Made by a program: the position numbers and the translations under genes
Notes under the pieces: generated by a model
Seen by the model: the letters and a program-made list of their open reading frames with translations, nothing else
Databases searched by the model: none
Told to the model about the DNA's origin: nothing
Source of the DNA: Octopus vulgaris
Taxonomy: Eukaryota
Reading direction: 5' to 3'
Length of the DNA: 64,000 nt
Assembly (NCBI GenBank): GCA_951406725.2
Contig: OX597822.1
Location: forward strand, 115,878,001 to 115,942,000
In this document: in pieces, positions 46,183 through 58,599 of the stretch
Numbering within the stretch: position 1 is the first letter of the stretch
Layout: each line of letters opens with the position of its first letter

Positions 46183-46691
46183 TGTTTCTACGCTCTGCAT
46201 AAAATCCATCATAACTTTTTTTATTTCTTTGTATTTTTAGAAATTTTTTGCGAATTTGTAGTCTACACACTGGAATTTACATGACTATAAAAACAAAAGG
46301 GGTTTTTTTTAGTTTTTGTAAATTTGGGGGGAGGAAATTTTTCGAATTTTTTTTTTTATATAATCACAGTTGAAAATACAGAGAGTCCGAATTTTTGGCT
46401 TAAATTCCAGCAATTGACCATTGAATATGTTTATAGGGCGAAAGATATCGAAAAACATCAATACCTCAGACGAACAAACGATGACGGTATGAGGTGGTCA
46501 TGCGATACGCTAAAAATAACAGCTACATATGCCTTATATCACGCAGCAATTTTTTTTCTTCTTTTTACTTTATTTTTGTTTTTTGTATAATCGTATGAAT
46601 TCCCGTGTGTAGAATACAAATTCGCAAAAATCTTCTGAAAATTCCTAAAAATAAAGAAGTTATGAGGGGTTATATGGACACGTAGACAACA
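46183..46691. mobile_element. MITE-like element with ~110-bp imperfect terminal inverted repeats
   Basis: The left end tgtttctacg...cataactt...tttttgcgaatttgtagtctacacactggaattt is complementary to the right end gaattcccgtgtgtagaatacaaattcgcaaaaa...gaagttatg...cgtagacaaca. Confidence 0.7.
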
Positions 46692-47224
46692 CGTTCACTT
46701 AATTCAACAACGCTGTTTAGCAGGAAGCCAAACTTCCTCGACGGGACGACCATCAAGAAGATTCGCACCGCACTCATCCACTCGTCTTGCCATTTTACAA
46801 ACACCCCATACCCCGAACAACATCCTTAGAATAGGTTCATCATAAAGTAGTAGGAGCAAGGCCTGATTCTTAGGCTGAAAGGCAAACCCAAGTGTCTGCG
46901 TCGTTTCGTAACGTAGTGGGTGCGCGGCGTGAGGGATTTACACACATTCAGAGCGCACACACGCACGGTCGAAATGAATTCTTAATGTTTCTCCCCTGTA
47001 CTTCCCACGATAGCAGGTTAATAAACATATTCTAGGCAAGTAAATAATGCTATATTTTCAGAATAACATCGCACTCCAATGGAAACAAACAAAGAAAAAC
47101 AGAGACGAAATGCAAGTTGAATGCATAAAGCACAACGAAATTATTTGTAGACTTAATTGACTCGCTTTTACACACACACACACGTCTGCATGTATAAAAT
47201 GTGCGTGTGTGTCTGGATTCAGAC

Positions 47225-47500
47225 ATTAGGCTTGCAGCCATGCTGGGGCACCGCCTTGAACGGTTGTGGTGAACGAATCGAACCAAGTGCATTTTTTTAA
47301 AATCCTGGTGCTTATTCTTTCGGTCTTTAATAGCCGAACCACCAAGTTATGGAGACATAGACAAACCAGCACCGGCTGCCAAGCGATGTGGAACACACAC
47401 ACACACACATTATATAATATTATATATAATATAATATATAATAAGATGAGATAACGTTTGGTTCTTTAGAAAATAAATAAAACCCTAATTTTAAATCATA

Positions 47501-47555
<55 letters not shown>

Positions 47556-47775
47556 TGCCCCAGCATGGCCACAGCTCATAAGCTGAAACTAGAATCAATC
47601 AATATATATATACACAGACACACACAACTGGCTTCTTTCAGTTTCCGTCCAGCAACTCCACTCACTAGGTCAGCTCGGAACTATAGTAGAAGACATTCGC
47701 CAAAGGTGCCGGGCAATGGGGCTAGACACACCGGTGCGTGTGGCTGGTGGGGTAAACGTCTCAGCACACAGCCTA
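47225..47775 (-). mobile_element. SINE family A copy interrupted by AT-rich/microsatellite sequence
   Basis: The tail part lies at 47225-47400 and the head part at 47625-47775. Confidence 0.65.
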
Positions 47776-48065
47776 TGTTTAATGGTAGAACTCGCAGTAG
47801 GTAAATCTGTAAATAATCCCTTCCAGAACTGGGTTCAAAAACCTTGGATGGAAAAAATTCGAAGGCAGCCTGTGGGCATGTCTGTCGTGTTTGCAGGAGA
47901 TTTAGGTTCGTGTCAAACCGTTGACATTCTCCCACCCTCATCCAAGGGATTTTTAACCAACAGTTCTATCTGCTGTTATTTATAGATTTAATCTACTGTT
48001 TCACCGTTAAACGTTACTTACTTCATATCACTCAGCTTCCTAAATGACTATTTTGCGTGTATACA

Positions 48066-48222
<157 letters not shown>

Positions 48223-48342
48223 TTAATAAGGGTGAGAGAATTAGATACTAATTTAATAGTATATTTATTCCACACCAAGTGGCCTAGTGCTACGAGAAAC
48301 CTGGATTATTATAATATTTTATAACATATTATAATATTTTCA

Positions 48343-48703
48343 CAAAATAAATAAATATAAGAGAGTGGTCACTATATTGATCACTTAGCACCAGTTAATC
48401 CAAAAGGTTTCAACCACGAAAATACATGTTTCCAGAAAAGCTACACTGCTCACCGGATATGGCAAATAAAAAATAACAAAATACAGATTATTTTGGGACA
48501 ATTGTTTCGCTATTAATGAATTAATTCATTAATAGCGAAACAATTGTCCCAAAATAATCTGTATTTTTGTTATTTTTTATTTGCCCTGTCCGTGTGAGCT
48601 AACAGTCGTACTGGCTTTCATGGGAAACATGTATTTTTCGTGGTTGAAACCTTTGGATTAATGGTTAGAGTGATCAATATAGTGATACTCTCTTATATTT
48701 ATT
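48343..48703. repeat. ~360-bp spacer-less palindrome
   Basis: The centre lies between 48522 and 48523 (gtttcgctattaatgaatt|aattcattaatagcgaaac). The arms are perfect near the centre and increasingly indel-rich outward, with long (TA)n on both sides. Confidence 0.9.
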
Positions 48704-48751
48704 TATATATTTATATATATATTTATATATATATATATTTATATATATATT

Positions 48752-48793
<42 letters not shown>

Positions 48794-48879
48794 TATATAT
48801 ATTTATATATATAAATATATATATATATAAATATATATATAAATATATATATATTTATATATATAAATATATATATATT

Positions 48880-48939
<60 letters not shown>

Positions 48940-49209
48940 AGGTGGTGCTATTAAGTTAGACATGGCCTGGGCCAATAATGGCCGAAACCTATCAAAGTAT
49001 CAAAGTATATATATATATATATATATATATAGCGCGTCTAATTATATACATATATAGCTACATGAGCACGCGTTTATAACTACCTACCTACACACACACA
49101 TATACACACGTTTATATAAAGGGATGTAAATAATGGTATGTATATATGCGTGCGTGTAAATTGGTAAATATATATAGGCATATACATCTATATAATGATA
49201 GATAGATAG

Positions 49210-49246
<37 letters not shown>

Positions 49247-49343
49247 CACATACATACGTATATACATAAACGTGATATGTACACGCATACCAGCGCGCGT
49301 TTATATGTAAACATCTACACACAAACAGATAGATAAACGTATG

Positions 49344-49381
<38 letters not shown>

Positions 49382-52300
49382 AATAGACTAAACGTAAAGG
49401 CATAAACCTTAATACGTGTGTGTGTAAATGTATTTATATATAATGCTTAATTGAAGAGACAAATGCCTGTCTTTGTTCTGCCTGCTTTCATCGCTAAAGA
49501 AGGGCTGTGGGCCGATCTTCACAATGAATTCTGTCGGTAGCTGAAGCTATCCAACACGCGACAACAGCTGTTCAACATAACTCGACAAGTAATCAGTAAT
49601 CCCAAGACAAAAGAACGAATGCATGCAAAATAGTTACATCGCTGTGCACCCATGAAAGTGCCCGATGACGCTTCAATGCTTTTAGAGTTTGCCTCAAATA
49701 TTGCCCCATTGATAGCACTGCCATGCCTAGGATTTTTGGAAATTGCACAGACTAGCCAGTTTATTTTCATCCATGTCCAGAGGTCTCCCAAGAACGTCTT
49801 CGCCCTTCCTCCGCTACTAGAACGCTGTAGATTGTTAACATGAAATTTCCATCGACCATATTGGGTGGTAAGATGGTGGAGATCCTGGCAAACATTCTAG
49901 GAGCCAGGCAACCCATCTTGTCTTTTCTCGATCTATGACTGCAGTTCTGTCAAAGAGGCAAAGTATGGAAAGATGCGCCTCACAAATGGAGGCAACATTC
50001 GTTCATCACGCAAGAATTTCTGCAGTATCGTGAATGTTTGAACACCAACAGCCATGGCATGATGAGCAAATTGTGCAGAAAGTGTTGGCAACCGATGGGC
50101 TGCCTGAGCCGTACCAATCGAACACAAAACTGAAGCGCAGTTGCTTCAATCCAGTTCAATTCAAAAACTGGGACAAAACATGGCAGTCAGATGGTAAATG
50201 ATGACAAAGTCAATACAGGCATTCGTCATCTTCTTCCTCTCGGTTGAGACTGGTCACTCTACTTGTAACTTCGTCCCAGTTTCTGCCCGACTGGAAATCT
50301 CGACCAAACTAGACCCAAATCGTTTAACTTGTCAGTGACTTCAGTGCTAGCATTGACTTTCTTCTGTTACAACCTCGTATTCCTTTAGAATGGTGCCAAC
50401 CACATCCACTTCCATGGTATCTGACATCAATATGAAAGACATCCAGTTTCCAAAGTCAGTTTGAAGCTCTCGCTTCCACAGTAGTAACTCGAGAGTCAGC
50501 ACATACAAAAGACGTGACAATACACCAAATGAGCTGAGTGTACAGTGTTAAACAGTTCTGGACCCACTGAGCAAATGTCGCTGTGTAATGATTCGGAAAA
50601 CGACATTGAAACCTGCAGTCACCAAGTAGCGACAGTCAACTCTAGCGAAAGTTTTTAATGGTTCAAATTTATCAGAGCCCCACTAAAGTCAGGTTCCTTA
50701 CCTCCTCTCTCTCTCTCTCTGTGATGCCAGGTAAGAAACCTGGAGGAAAACGCATGAGGTTGCAGTGAATAGATCTGCTTGGGATCACATGGTTTAGCAC
50801 GTATATCTTAGCTCTAACAACGCAGTCTTCGCATTTCACATTAAAGTATTGGCAAAGGGCTATTCTCCTTGTTACCAGATAAATTGCGACGCCCTTTCTG
50901 GTTGTCTCTTCTAACTTGCTCAGCGAGCATGTTCAGTCACTAGTTTTTTTACTAAATGCTGTTGATGCTGTCCTAATCACTCTCTTCATTATGCCTTACC
51001 CTCGTCAATTGCTGCTTAACTAGTTTCCTAATCCAGTCTCTGGAAAGACATTTAGCTTCCGGTAACCATGCCTGTCTAAGGGTCCTATCAAAGTCAGCTA
51101 TGCAAATTATAAATTTATTGTGTAACCGACCAGTTTAAATTGTGGACACCCTAAACTAATTGTATCTGCTAACCTAACAAAAATTCTAGGTATAGTATGG
51201 ATGATATACAGTGGTTGCATCAGTTGGTACCCGTCGGACAGCTGAAGGTTTACACTCCTTTCTTTATGCTAGTCTCACGCAATGTTACCATGCATCTAAA
51301 CCAGAATCTCAATCCCTTCACTGGTATGAAAGAGGAAAGCTTCTAGACACCGGAATAAATCTGGTCAGGTTATAGATGGCCGCCACATGTTTGAATTAAG
51401 TGATTTTCATGCTGCTCCCATTCAACTTAACGTTCAGATCCACAAAGAATATCTGTGCTTTTGTTTCAGTCCTTCTCGAACACTACAACCCCCCTCCCCG
51501 CCTACACACCACTCACACCTGATCTTGACAGACCGTAAGATGAATATTCATCAAAAATGAGCGCGAGTGTATGCTTTCTGGAAATCAGCATTTCACCATT
51601 GGTCACCACCACCACTATATCTAGTAACCTGTCGTCTCCTCCTTCATCTCTTATTGCTAAGTTGACCATGACTAGAGGAACGGCTCCTTTAACTTACTAG
51701 TCAGTTCCAAGGAGCAAGGACGAGGCAATCGCCTTGATATTTTCCGACATTTCTACTTTGTTCAATAGACAAACTATTGTCCCCTTTGATTGGATGGTGC
51801 CTGCCTCAGTTTCTTTTTTTTTGCAAGTACATAAAGGGCTTTTCCAAATTTTTGTAATTCACAATTGTATCAACTTTCTTCTTTCCCGCTCTTGAAGAAA
51901 ATCTTAGGGCAAGGAGAGAGAGATTTTGATCTATAGTCTTGTCAAACTTGCATCACCAAAAGAAACCGACTCGAGACTAGAATCTACCAACTCGATGCGA
52001 TATTTGCAGCAAACGTGTACAAAATGTTGTGTCGCAATTTTTTAAATATAAACTCGTGTCAGAAATACCAGCTACATCATTTTCGTTTTTTTTTTAATGT
52101 CTCTGTTTTTATTTAACATCTTTTCATGTACGTTGCCTCTGCAGATGTTTTGTTTTGTTTTTTTTTTTTCGATGAGGGCGTAGGTCTGGTCGGCATTTTG
52201 TGTTGAATGTCGGTTAGCAAAAAGACATTTTTTCAAAATGTCTTTCTTTCTCATAAGCATGGCATTAAAAAAAAGTGAAAACCTTTCTCATCTTCAATAA

Positions 52301-52613
52301 CAATTCCACACATTAAACCACATAACCATCTAATTTTTAAGAGACACGACAGAAATTTAATCCGTAAACCAAAGCACAAATAAAGTCGTTTTAGCAAGAA
52401 CAATAACAACGACGACGACGACGATGACGATTGGTGTCATGGTTGCCATGACGATGACTGCTTCTGATTTAGGGGCAGGGCCACAATTTTTTAGGAGGAG
52501 GGTGTCAATCAATACTTGGCTGATACTTTATTTTCTTGGAGGGATGAAAAGCGAGAATAATTGTTTCAAATTGTGGGGCAAGGTCAGTAGTTTTAGCGGG
52601 AGAATGGCTCGTT

Positions 52614-53450
52614 CAGTGGTTCCCAACCATTTTTTTTACCCGTGGACCCCTTTGATTCCTATTTTACTCCGATGGACCCTCCTAGCCATTTAAGAAATGT
52701 TTTAGAATTAAATATCAGAAGAAAAGTATTTTTAAAAAATGTCTTGATGTAGCATATAGATATAATTTTTGACGTTGAATCCGAATCTGTTATTCATTTA
52801 TTCAGGAAAAAATTGGCAAAAATGTTACAGGTGTTCAAAGTTTGATAATTTACAGAATTTTCAACCAATCAGAAAACAGCGCGTTCGCTGCCTCTTCCAT
52901 CATCAGGGACGTCAAAACATTGCTACTTCCCTTGTACACACATATACTCACACAGTGTTGAAACACTCCCACTATCACTTTCCTTCTTTATTCAGCTATC
53001 ACTCCTTCCTTTCTCATTCATCTATCACCCCCTCCTTTCTCATTCATATGTTGTGACGGAGAAAAACACTAAAGTATCATTACAGTAAGATTATCTTTCT
53101 TGTATCTCCTCCTTGTGTGCATGCGTAGCATCTTTGGTTACTATGAAAACAGATTTTCGCCACGGTGATGTGTAAAATACGCGCTTCTGATAGGCTAAAA
53201 TACCCACATTTTGCAAATTTTAAAGGCTAATAACTTTTTAATTATGGATTTATAAGGAAAATGAATTTCATTTTCATAACTAGTATACAAAACTTAATCC
53301 CTATATCAAGTTTGAAAACAATTGGAACAAAATTGTAAGCAGTGACGAACACCACAAAGATCCATTTTGTGCATTGTAGAATTATAACCAACTTATTGCA
53401 CATAAATTACAATAGCAAAATCTTATAGGGACCCCAGTGGAGAACCACTG
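52614..53450. mobile_element. hAT-type MITE inserted in a family C SINE and carrying a further internal insertion
   Basis: TIRs are cagtggttccca / tggagaaccactg with subterminal ggacccc motifs. The 8-bp flanks ggctcgtt / ggcaagtt match at 6/8. SINE C sequence is split on either side. An internal segment has its own inverted motifs (ccaatcagaaaacagcgcg ~52865; cgcgcttctgatagg ~53180). Confidence 0.7.
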
Positions 53451-53733
53451 GGCAAGTTGATTATATCGACCCTAGTGCTGGTCCCAGCAGAATTTGAACT
53501 CAGAGATGTTAAGAGCCGGAAGAAACGGCGCTAAGCATTTTGTCCAACGCGCTAACGGTTCTTCCGGCTCGGAGTCTTAAATAGGTTCTGTGTTCAGAGT
53601 TTGGTGCAAAGGAAATAGGAATTGATGATAAACATGTCTTTCTCCAAAGTGTGAATGACGTAAGTGAAACAAACTCATCCAAACATTCAAATCAGATATT
53701 TGGATTTCGTTCAAGAACACAGAATAGAGTGAC

Positions 53734-53778
<45 letters not shown>

Positions 53779-54120
53779 TTTTCTTGCATTTACTATTTAC
53801 AGATAACCACAATTGTAGGTCTGCTCTTTCTCTCGGTGTTGCAAAAGAATTGCACGGGCCAAATAAAATACAAAAATAATCTTTGTCACTGACACGATTA
53901 TCTTATCAATGCTTATCTTCGGTATTAACGCTATAATTATAATTATAACTCTCACTAAAACATCACGTTTCACTTTTAATACCTAATTATAATAATCATC
54001 CCTATCCTTCCAATATACTATTACATTCCATGTCAGCAGAGAGAAGAAAAAGAAAAGAAAACCAGCCTTGTAATGGGAGTGGATTATATATTTTCATTTA
54101 CGACAGCTTGTCCACTCTTA

Positions 54121-54158
<38 letters not shown>

Positions 54159-54319
54159 GCATACATACACACACACATATATAGAAAATTAGTTAAAGAA
54201 GAGGCTTGCCAATAACCTTTCTATGCCCTCTCAGACTGGTGACAATGACGCGGTTGATATTAAAAGTTTGAACTTCGTTAAGTTGACACCTGTAGCTAGA
54301 GCACAAATGGAGATGATAC

Positions 54320-54640
54320 CAGAGGGCTTTAAGGGTTGAGAAACTGAAGGTATGTCGAAGAAGGGATAGGGGAGGGGGTGAATCCCGTGGCCTTTAAGCT
54401 GACCTGGTACGCAACACGCAGCTTACTAGGTGGGAGGACTGGAAAAAACATTTTAGTGGTGTTAGAAGAGAAAGGGAAAACAGTACCCGTATGAGCTTGG
54501 AGTTGTAACATGTTGCGTCGGCTTTTACCAATAATCCAAAAGGCCTTTTGGGGTGTGGTCTTGGCTATGTGAGACGTGGGGACGGAGCGCATCAGCGGCA
54601 TATCAGTCCTCCAACATAGGTGCAGTTTAACTTTACTCAA
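54320..54640 (-). pseudogene. Possible CR1/Jockey-group LINE 3' relic
   Basis: PQKAFWIIG..SRRNM...FSSNTTKM..LPPS loosely matches the KAFRLI..RRNVA..SFFP.T.KLWNSLP.S C-terminus. Weak. Confidence 0.3.
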
Positions 54641-55229
54641 GGGTCAGCAACCAGGCAGTGGTATTTTCTAGATCTGGAGAAGTACCCTAACGCTGCTATA
54701 ATGTTATGTGTGTAACGTTATATATTTGAAACCACCATGAGGATCATCAGAGATTGATGCCAGGAGTTTTTAGTGATTCTGAGAGCCTCACTGTATATCA
54801 ATAATGTACAGGGAGGGTAGAGTAAAAGATTGCTTGTTTAACATGTGTTGTGAATATGTGAGGACGAACTTACTTGCCTGAATATTTGCAAAATGTCTAC
54901 TCTTAGATACTTCATGCCAGACACGTACTGTTTCTAAGCTGACTATTTTGATGGGCATGTTAAGTGTGTAAGGAAGGTTAAGGGAGATAAGAGGGTTGTT
55001 GTATGATTTGTATAGAGGTAAGCAGTTAGGATAGAAATAGGTCAATAAGTACAGAGAGAACAGTCATGAAGACAGAATCAAACGCTAATGTCCACTGGGG
55101 TTGATAGAAAGTGGGTCAAAGAGACAGCAATGTCAGTACACCCTACAATAGAGCAATTTGACAGAAGCGTAAGTAGATGTCTTAATCAATAGGTTAACAC
55201 ATTAATTGCCACAGGTACCACCGGTGGTT

Positions 55230-55660
55230 CATCATAAACTTCATGCGAGCGCCATATGCTCCGTCGATGGCACATCTTCATAATTTAGGAAAATATTTTA
55301 TTATGCATCTTTAACATGGCTTCGACGATATTTAAATAACACGAGAGCTAAATATTATATGAAATATTGAGAAAATGCAAAAAAATTACATTTCCTTGTA
55401 GTTAAACAGTAAGCAAACAGTATGACCGCACAAAATACGCGGCGTCACCAGTAAGTTCTAGTAACAGGCTGTGGCGGGTAACATGCTAAGGTATCCCTGA
55501 GGTAGGTATATCACATGGTTCAAAACTTTGCTGGGGCAAAGAGAAAAATTTCTTTTGCTAAATCTCTCAAATATGATAGCAGTAGTGTGAGATGTCGGAT
55601 AGTAAGCCTGCAGCAGATATATATATATATCTATAAAAACGTAATAAAGCAGGTAAGTTC
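55230..55660 (+). promoter_or_regulatory. Candidate promoter/first exon of a plus-strand gene
   Basis: This is the last CpG-rich patch before CpG-poor DNA. It has YY1-like gcgccat (~55249) and aacatggc (55313). The sequence atgaccgcacaaaatacgcggcgtcacca (55422-55450) is followed by gtaagt, and a second donor gcag|gtaagt lies at 55653. Confidence 0.3.
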
Positions 55661-56410
55661 TTGTGACTGTTTACATCAGTTTTGAAATGCTGAGAGAGTA
55701 ATGTAAGGCAATCAGGTAATAGTTAGAATGGTCAAAAAGGCTATTAGTTTGTTTGTTTGTTTGTTTGTTTATGATTGGCCTGGGGAAGTGACCAAGGCCC
55801 TCGAAAACCAGTGAGGCTGAGATGCTTAATGTTCCTCTTCAACATTTAAGAGTTGATGGCTTAAGACATATAAAGAAAGGGGAATGCAGAGCATCATCAT
55901 TCTGGTGGAGAAGGAGTGACTACAGTAGTTAATACAGAGCCTAGAGAGGATGGACAATTGCAGGAGAGACGTGGCATGAGACCAGCGCCAGATTAAGACC
56001 CATACAAGCCCTAAGTGCTTAAAAGATTTTGGTGACCCCATATATAGTTAATTCAAAACATAAACAATAATAAAACATAAAATAGATTTTCATTTTTCAA
56101 AATGACACAAAACTAATTGCAAAGTCTTTGATCAGATTCTCACTATGACACCATGAACACTTTGAAGTTATATTCCTGATCATATAAATCACTTTGGATA
56201 TTATTTTAGCTTGTTTAAAGTGATTTCTTTTGTGCCATTTACTGTTTCTGTGGTGCCACGTCCCTTGATGCCCTAAGCACGTGCTTATTTTGCTGAATGG
56301 TTAATCCAGTGCTGCATGAGACTAACCAGCTCTGAGGAGCAAAGATCTCTATGGCAAGGACAGAAGTCTATTAACAGGTGACTGCTTATCAATCAGTCAA
56401 GTAGTCTTTC

Positions 56411-56441
<31 letters not shown>

Positions 56442-56781
56442 TGTGTGTGTAGAAATAGCACTATCCTAGTACTAATCATTGGGTCCCACATGAGTTTTGT
56501 AGAGAATTACTAGTTGAGGAATGAAATACTTCCAGGTTCTGAAGAGAAAACTCATTTTGGCTGTGTTGAGGATGTGTTTGTACCAGCAACTAAGAGCTAC
56601 CGTTGTCTGCTTCTTTAGGCTGAGACAAATTTCTGTAGAGAAAGACTAAAGAATTTGGTGAAGAAGATAACTTACTCTAAACCAACTGTGTTTGCTTCTG
56701 CTTGTAACCCACTCTTGTCAGACCAAACTACCACTAGTTTCTGTGAATCCTAATGATTATATTGAAATAACATTGGTAGTG

Positions 56782-57055
56782 AAGGCACATGGCTTAGTAG
56801 TTAGAATATTTGGCTCACAATCTTAAGATTGAGAGTTCAATTCCTGGCAGCACATTGTGTCCTTGAACAAGACACTTTACTTCACATTGTTCCTTGTCAC
56901 ATTCTGTCTGCATCCTGCTGAATCACCCTGAGAGCTACATTAAGGGTCTGCATGTCCGTGGAGTGCTCAGCCACTTGCAGATTAATCTCATGAGCAGGTT
57001 GTTGTTCTGTCGATCAGATCAACCGGAACCTTCGTCGTCATAACCAACAGAGTGC
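56782..57055 (+). mobile_element. SINE family E-like (tRNA head plus CORE-like domain)
   Basis: aaggcacatggcttagtagttag...gagttcaattcctggc...tgtgtccttgaacaagacactttacttcacattg. Confidence 0.75.
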
Positions 57056-57344
57056 TGGTTAATAACCTTAGTTACTAATACAGTCATGGCTCAGAACATC
57101 ATAAGTCTGTTGGCATAGTTGTAAGATATGTGACAGAGCTGTCATAGACAAAATGGCAGCCATGCCAATCAAAATTTACCAATATGTTGTAAACATGAGT
57201 AATAACAGTCAAATGATTATTAAATATTATAAGCTGTATAATGATTCATCTTTGAAGTAAACTACCAACACAATTAAAAGTTAATGTTACATTATTTACA
57301 TTATTTACATTTGACAGATATTTGTCCTCATCTTGTTTGTTGTT

Positions 57345-57390
57345 AACACAACGTTTCGGCTGATACACCCTCCAGCCTTCATCAGGTGGC
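57345..57390 (-). ncRNA. Minimal hammerhead ribozyme-like motif
   Basis: The minus strand reads GCCAC-CUGAUGA-A-GGCUG-GAGGGUGUAU-CAGCC-GAAA-CG-UU-GUGUU. Confidence 0.55.
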
Positions 57391-57446
57391 TTGGGGGAAA
57401 TTTTGAACCTGGGTTCTCATTCCTAAGGTTTTTTGCGATGTTGTTG

Positions 57447-57485
<39 letters not shown>

Positions 57486-57488
<3 letters not shown>

Positions 57489-57559
57489 TCACTGCCTGGA
57501 GTCGAACATGGAATCTTGGGGTTAGTAGCCCGCGCTCTTAACCACTACACCATATGCCC
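57486..57559 (-). pseudogene. tRNA-derived Pol III head (not a functional tRNA gene)
   Basis: The minus strand reads GGGCATATGGTGTAGTGGTTAAGAGCGCGGGCTACTAACCCCAAGATTCCATGTTCGACTCCAGGCAGTGACCT. It has A-box TGGTGTAGTGG, B-box GTTCGACTCC and an anticodon-like loop CT-ACT-AA, but the stems pair poorly. Confidence 0.7.
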
Positions 57560-58599
57560 GTCAATTGAAAATAATGTAAATAATGCACATAATTCCTCAT
57601 CTCTTGAATATAGAACTGTAAGTTAATGTTAGATACAGAGATGGCCCCCACCAACAACAGACCACGAAAATATGAACACAGGTGAATCTAGTCATCAATC
57701 ATATTGAACAGAAGAGTATAACATTGTGAAATAATAAAGTCATTGTGAAAAATATTAACATAATAATGATTTATTTTGGCACAGAACAAAGCTGGTTGTG
57801 GCAAAGGTAGAGGCTATGGTCAATTGAGTATATTACCTTCAGCCCAATTTATCAATGTTACTTATTGGTTGTCTATGGAGGAATGGAAAGCAAAAGTGAT
57901 ATTGGCATGGATTAACCTCAGTACAGCAAGTTATTTTAGATCTTTACCAGTTCGGTTAAGGTTAACAATGTTAAGTTAATAATACTGATTTTAGCTCGGA
58001 TATGAAGCCTAGCAGGTTTAAAGGAAGGGAAAATGGGAAGCTAACATGTCCAGGCCTTTCCTAAAAGCACAAATATATTTGACCAAAAAGAAATAGATCT
58101 AAGTAGGAATCAAAAGCAGACTACTAGAGAATTTCATTCTCAGCCGTTATTATTGGTGGTGGTGGTGGCGGCAGCAGCAGCAGCAGTAGTAGTAGTAGGA
58201 GGAGGAGGAGGAGGTATCAATTTTTGGTCATAGGCCAGTAGTTTTGTTTTTTGAGCAGACATTTTGAAAATATTCTGACAAGCTCATCATTATCACCATT
58301 TAGCATCAATATTCCATGCTGGCATGGGTTGGACAGTTTGGCTGGAACTGGTAAGCTGGAGAGCTGCACCAGGCTCCTGCTGTCTGATTTGGCTTGGTTC
58401 CTACAGCTGGATGCTCTTCCTAATGCCAATAACTCTAAGAGTGTAGTGGGTGCCTTTTATGTGTTGCCAGCACAAGTGACAAATTGACCTCAGCAGAATT
58501 TGAACTCAAAATGTAGCAACAGGTGAAACCGCTACGTATTTTGCCCAGCAAATAACAACAACAATAATAATAATCATCATCATCTGGAGAATAGTAATA

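Larger units (their letters stand above)
57290..57619 (-). mobile_element. Non-autonomous Penelope-like element with tRNA-derived head and hammerhead-like motif, 12-bp TSD
   Basis: 57290-57430 is near-identical to 494-630, and the 3' terminus aatgtaaataatgcacataattcctcatctcttgaatatagaactgt matches 721-767. The TSD aagttaatgtta lies at 57278-57289 and 57620-57631. Confidence 0.85.

Noticed and set aside
57486-57559. Functional tRNA-Ser(ACT) gene
   Set aside because: The acceptor, anticodon and T stems pair poorly, and it is embedded in a TSD-flanked repeat. The same applies to the tRNA-like heads at 14497, 36932, 38838 and 41698.
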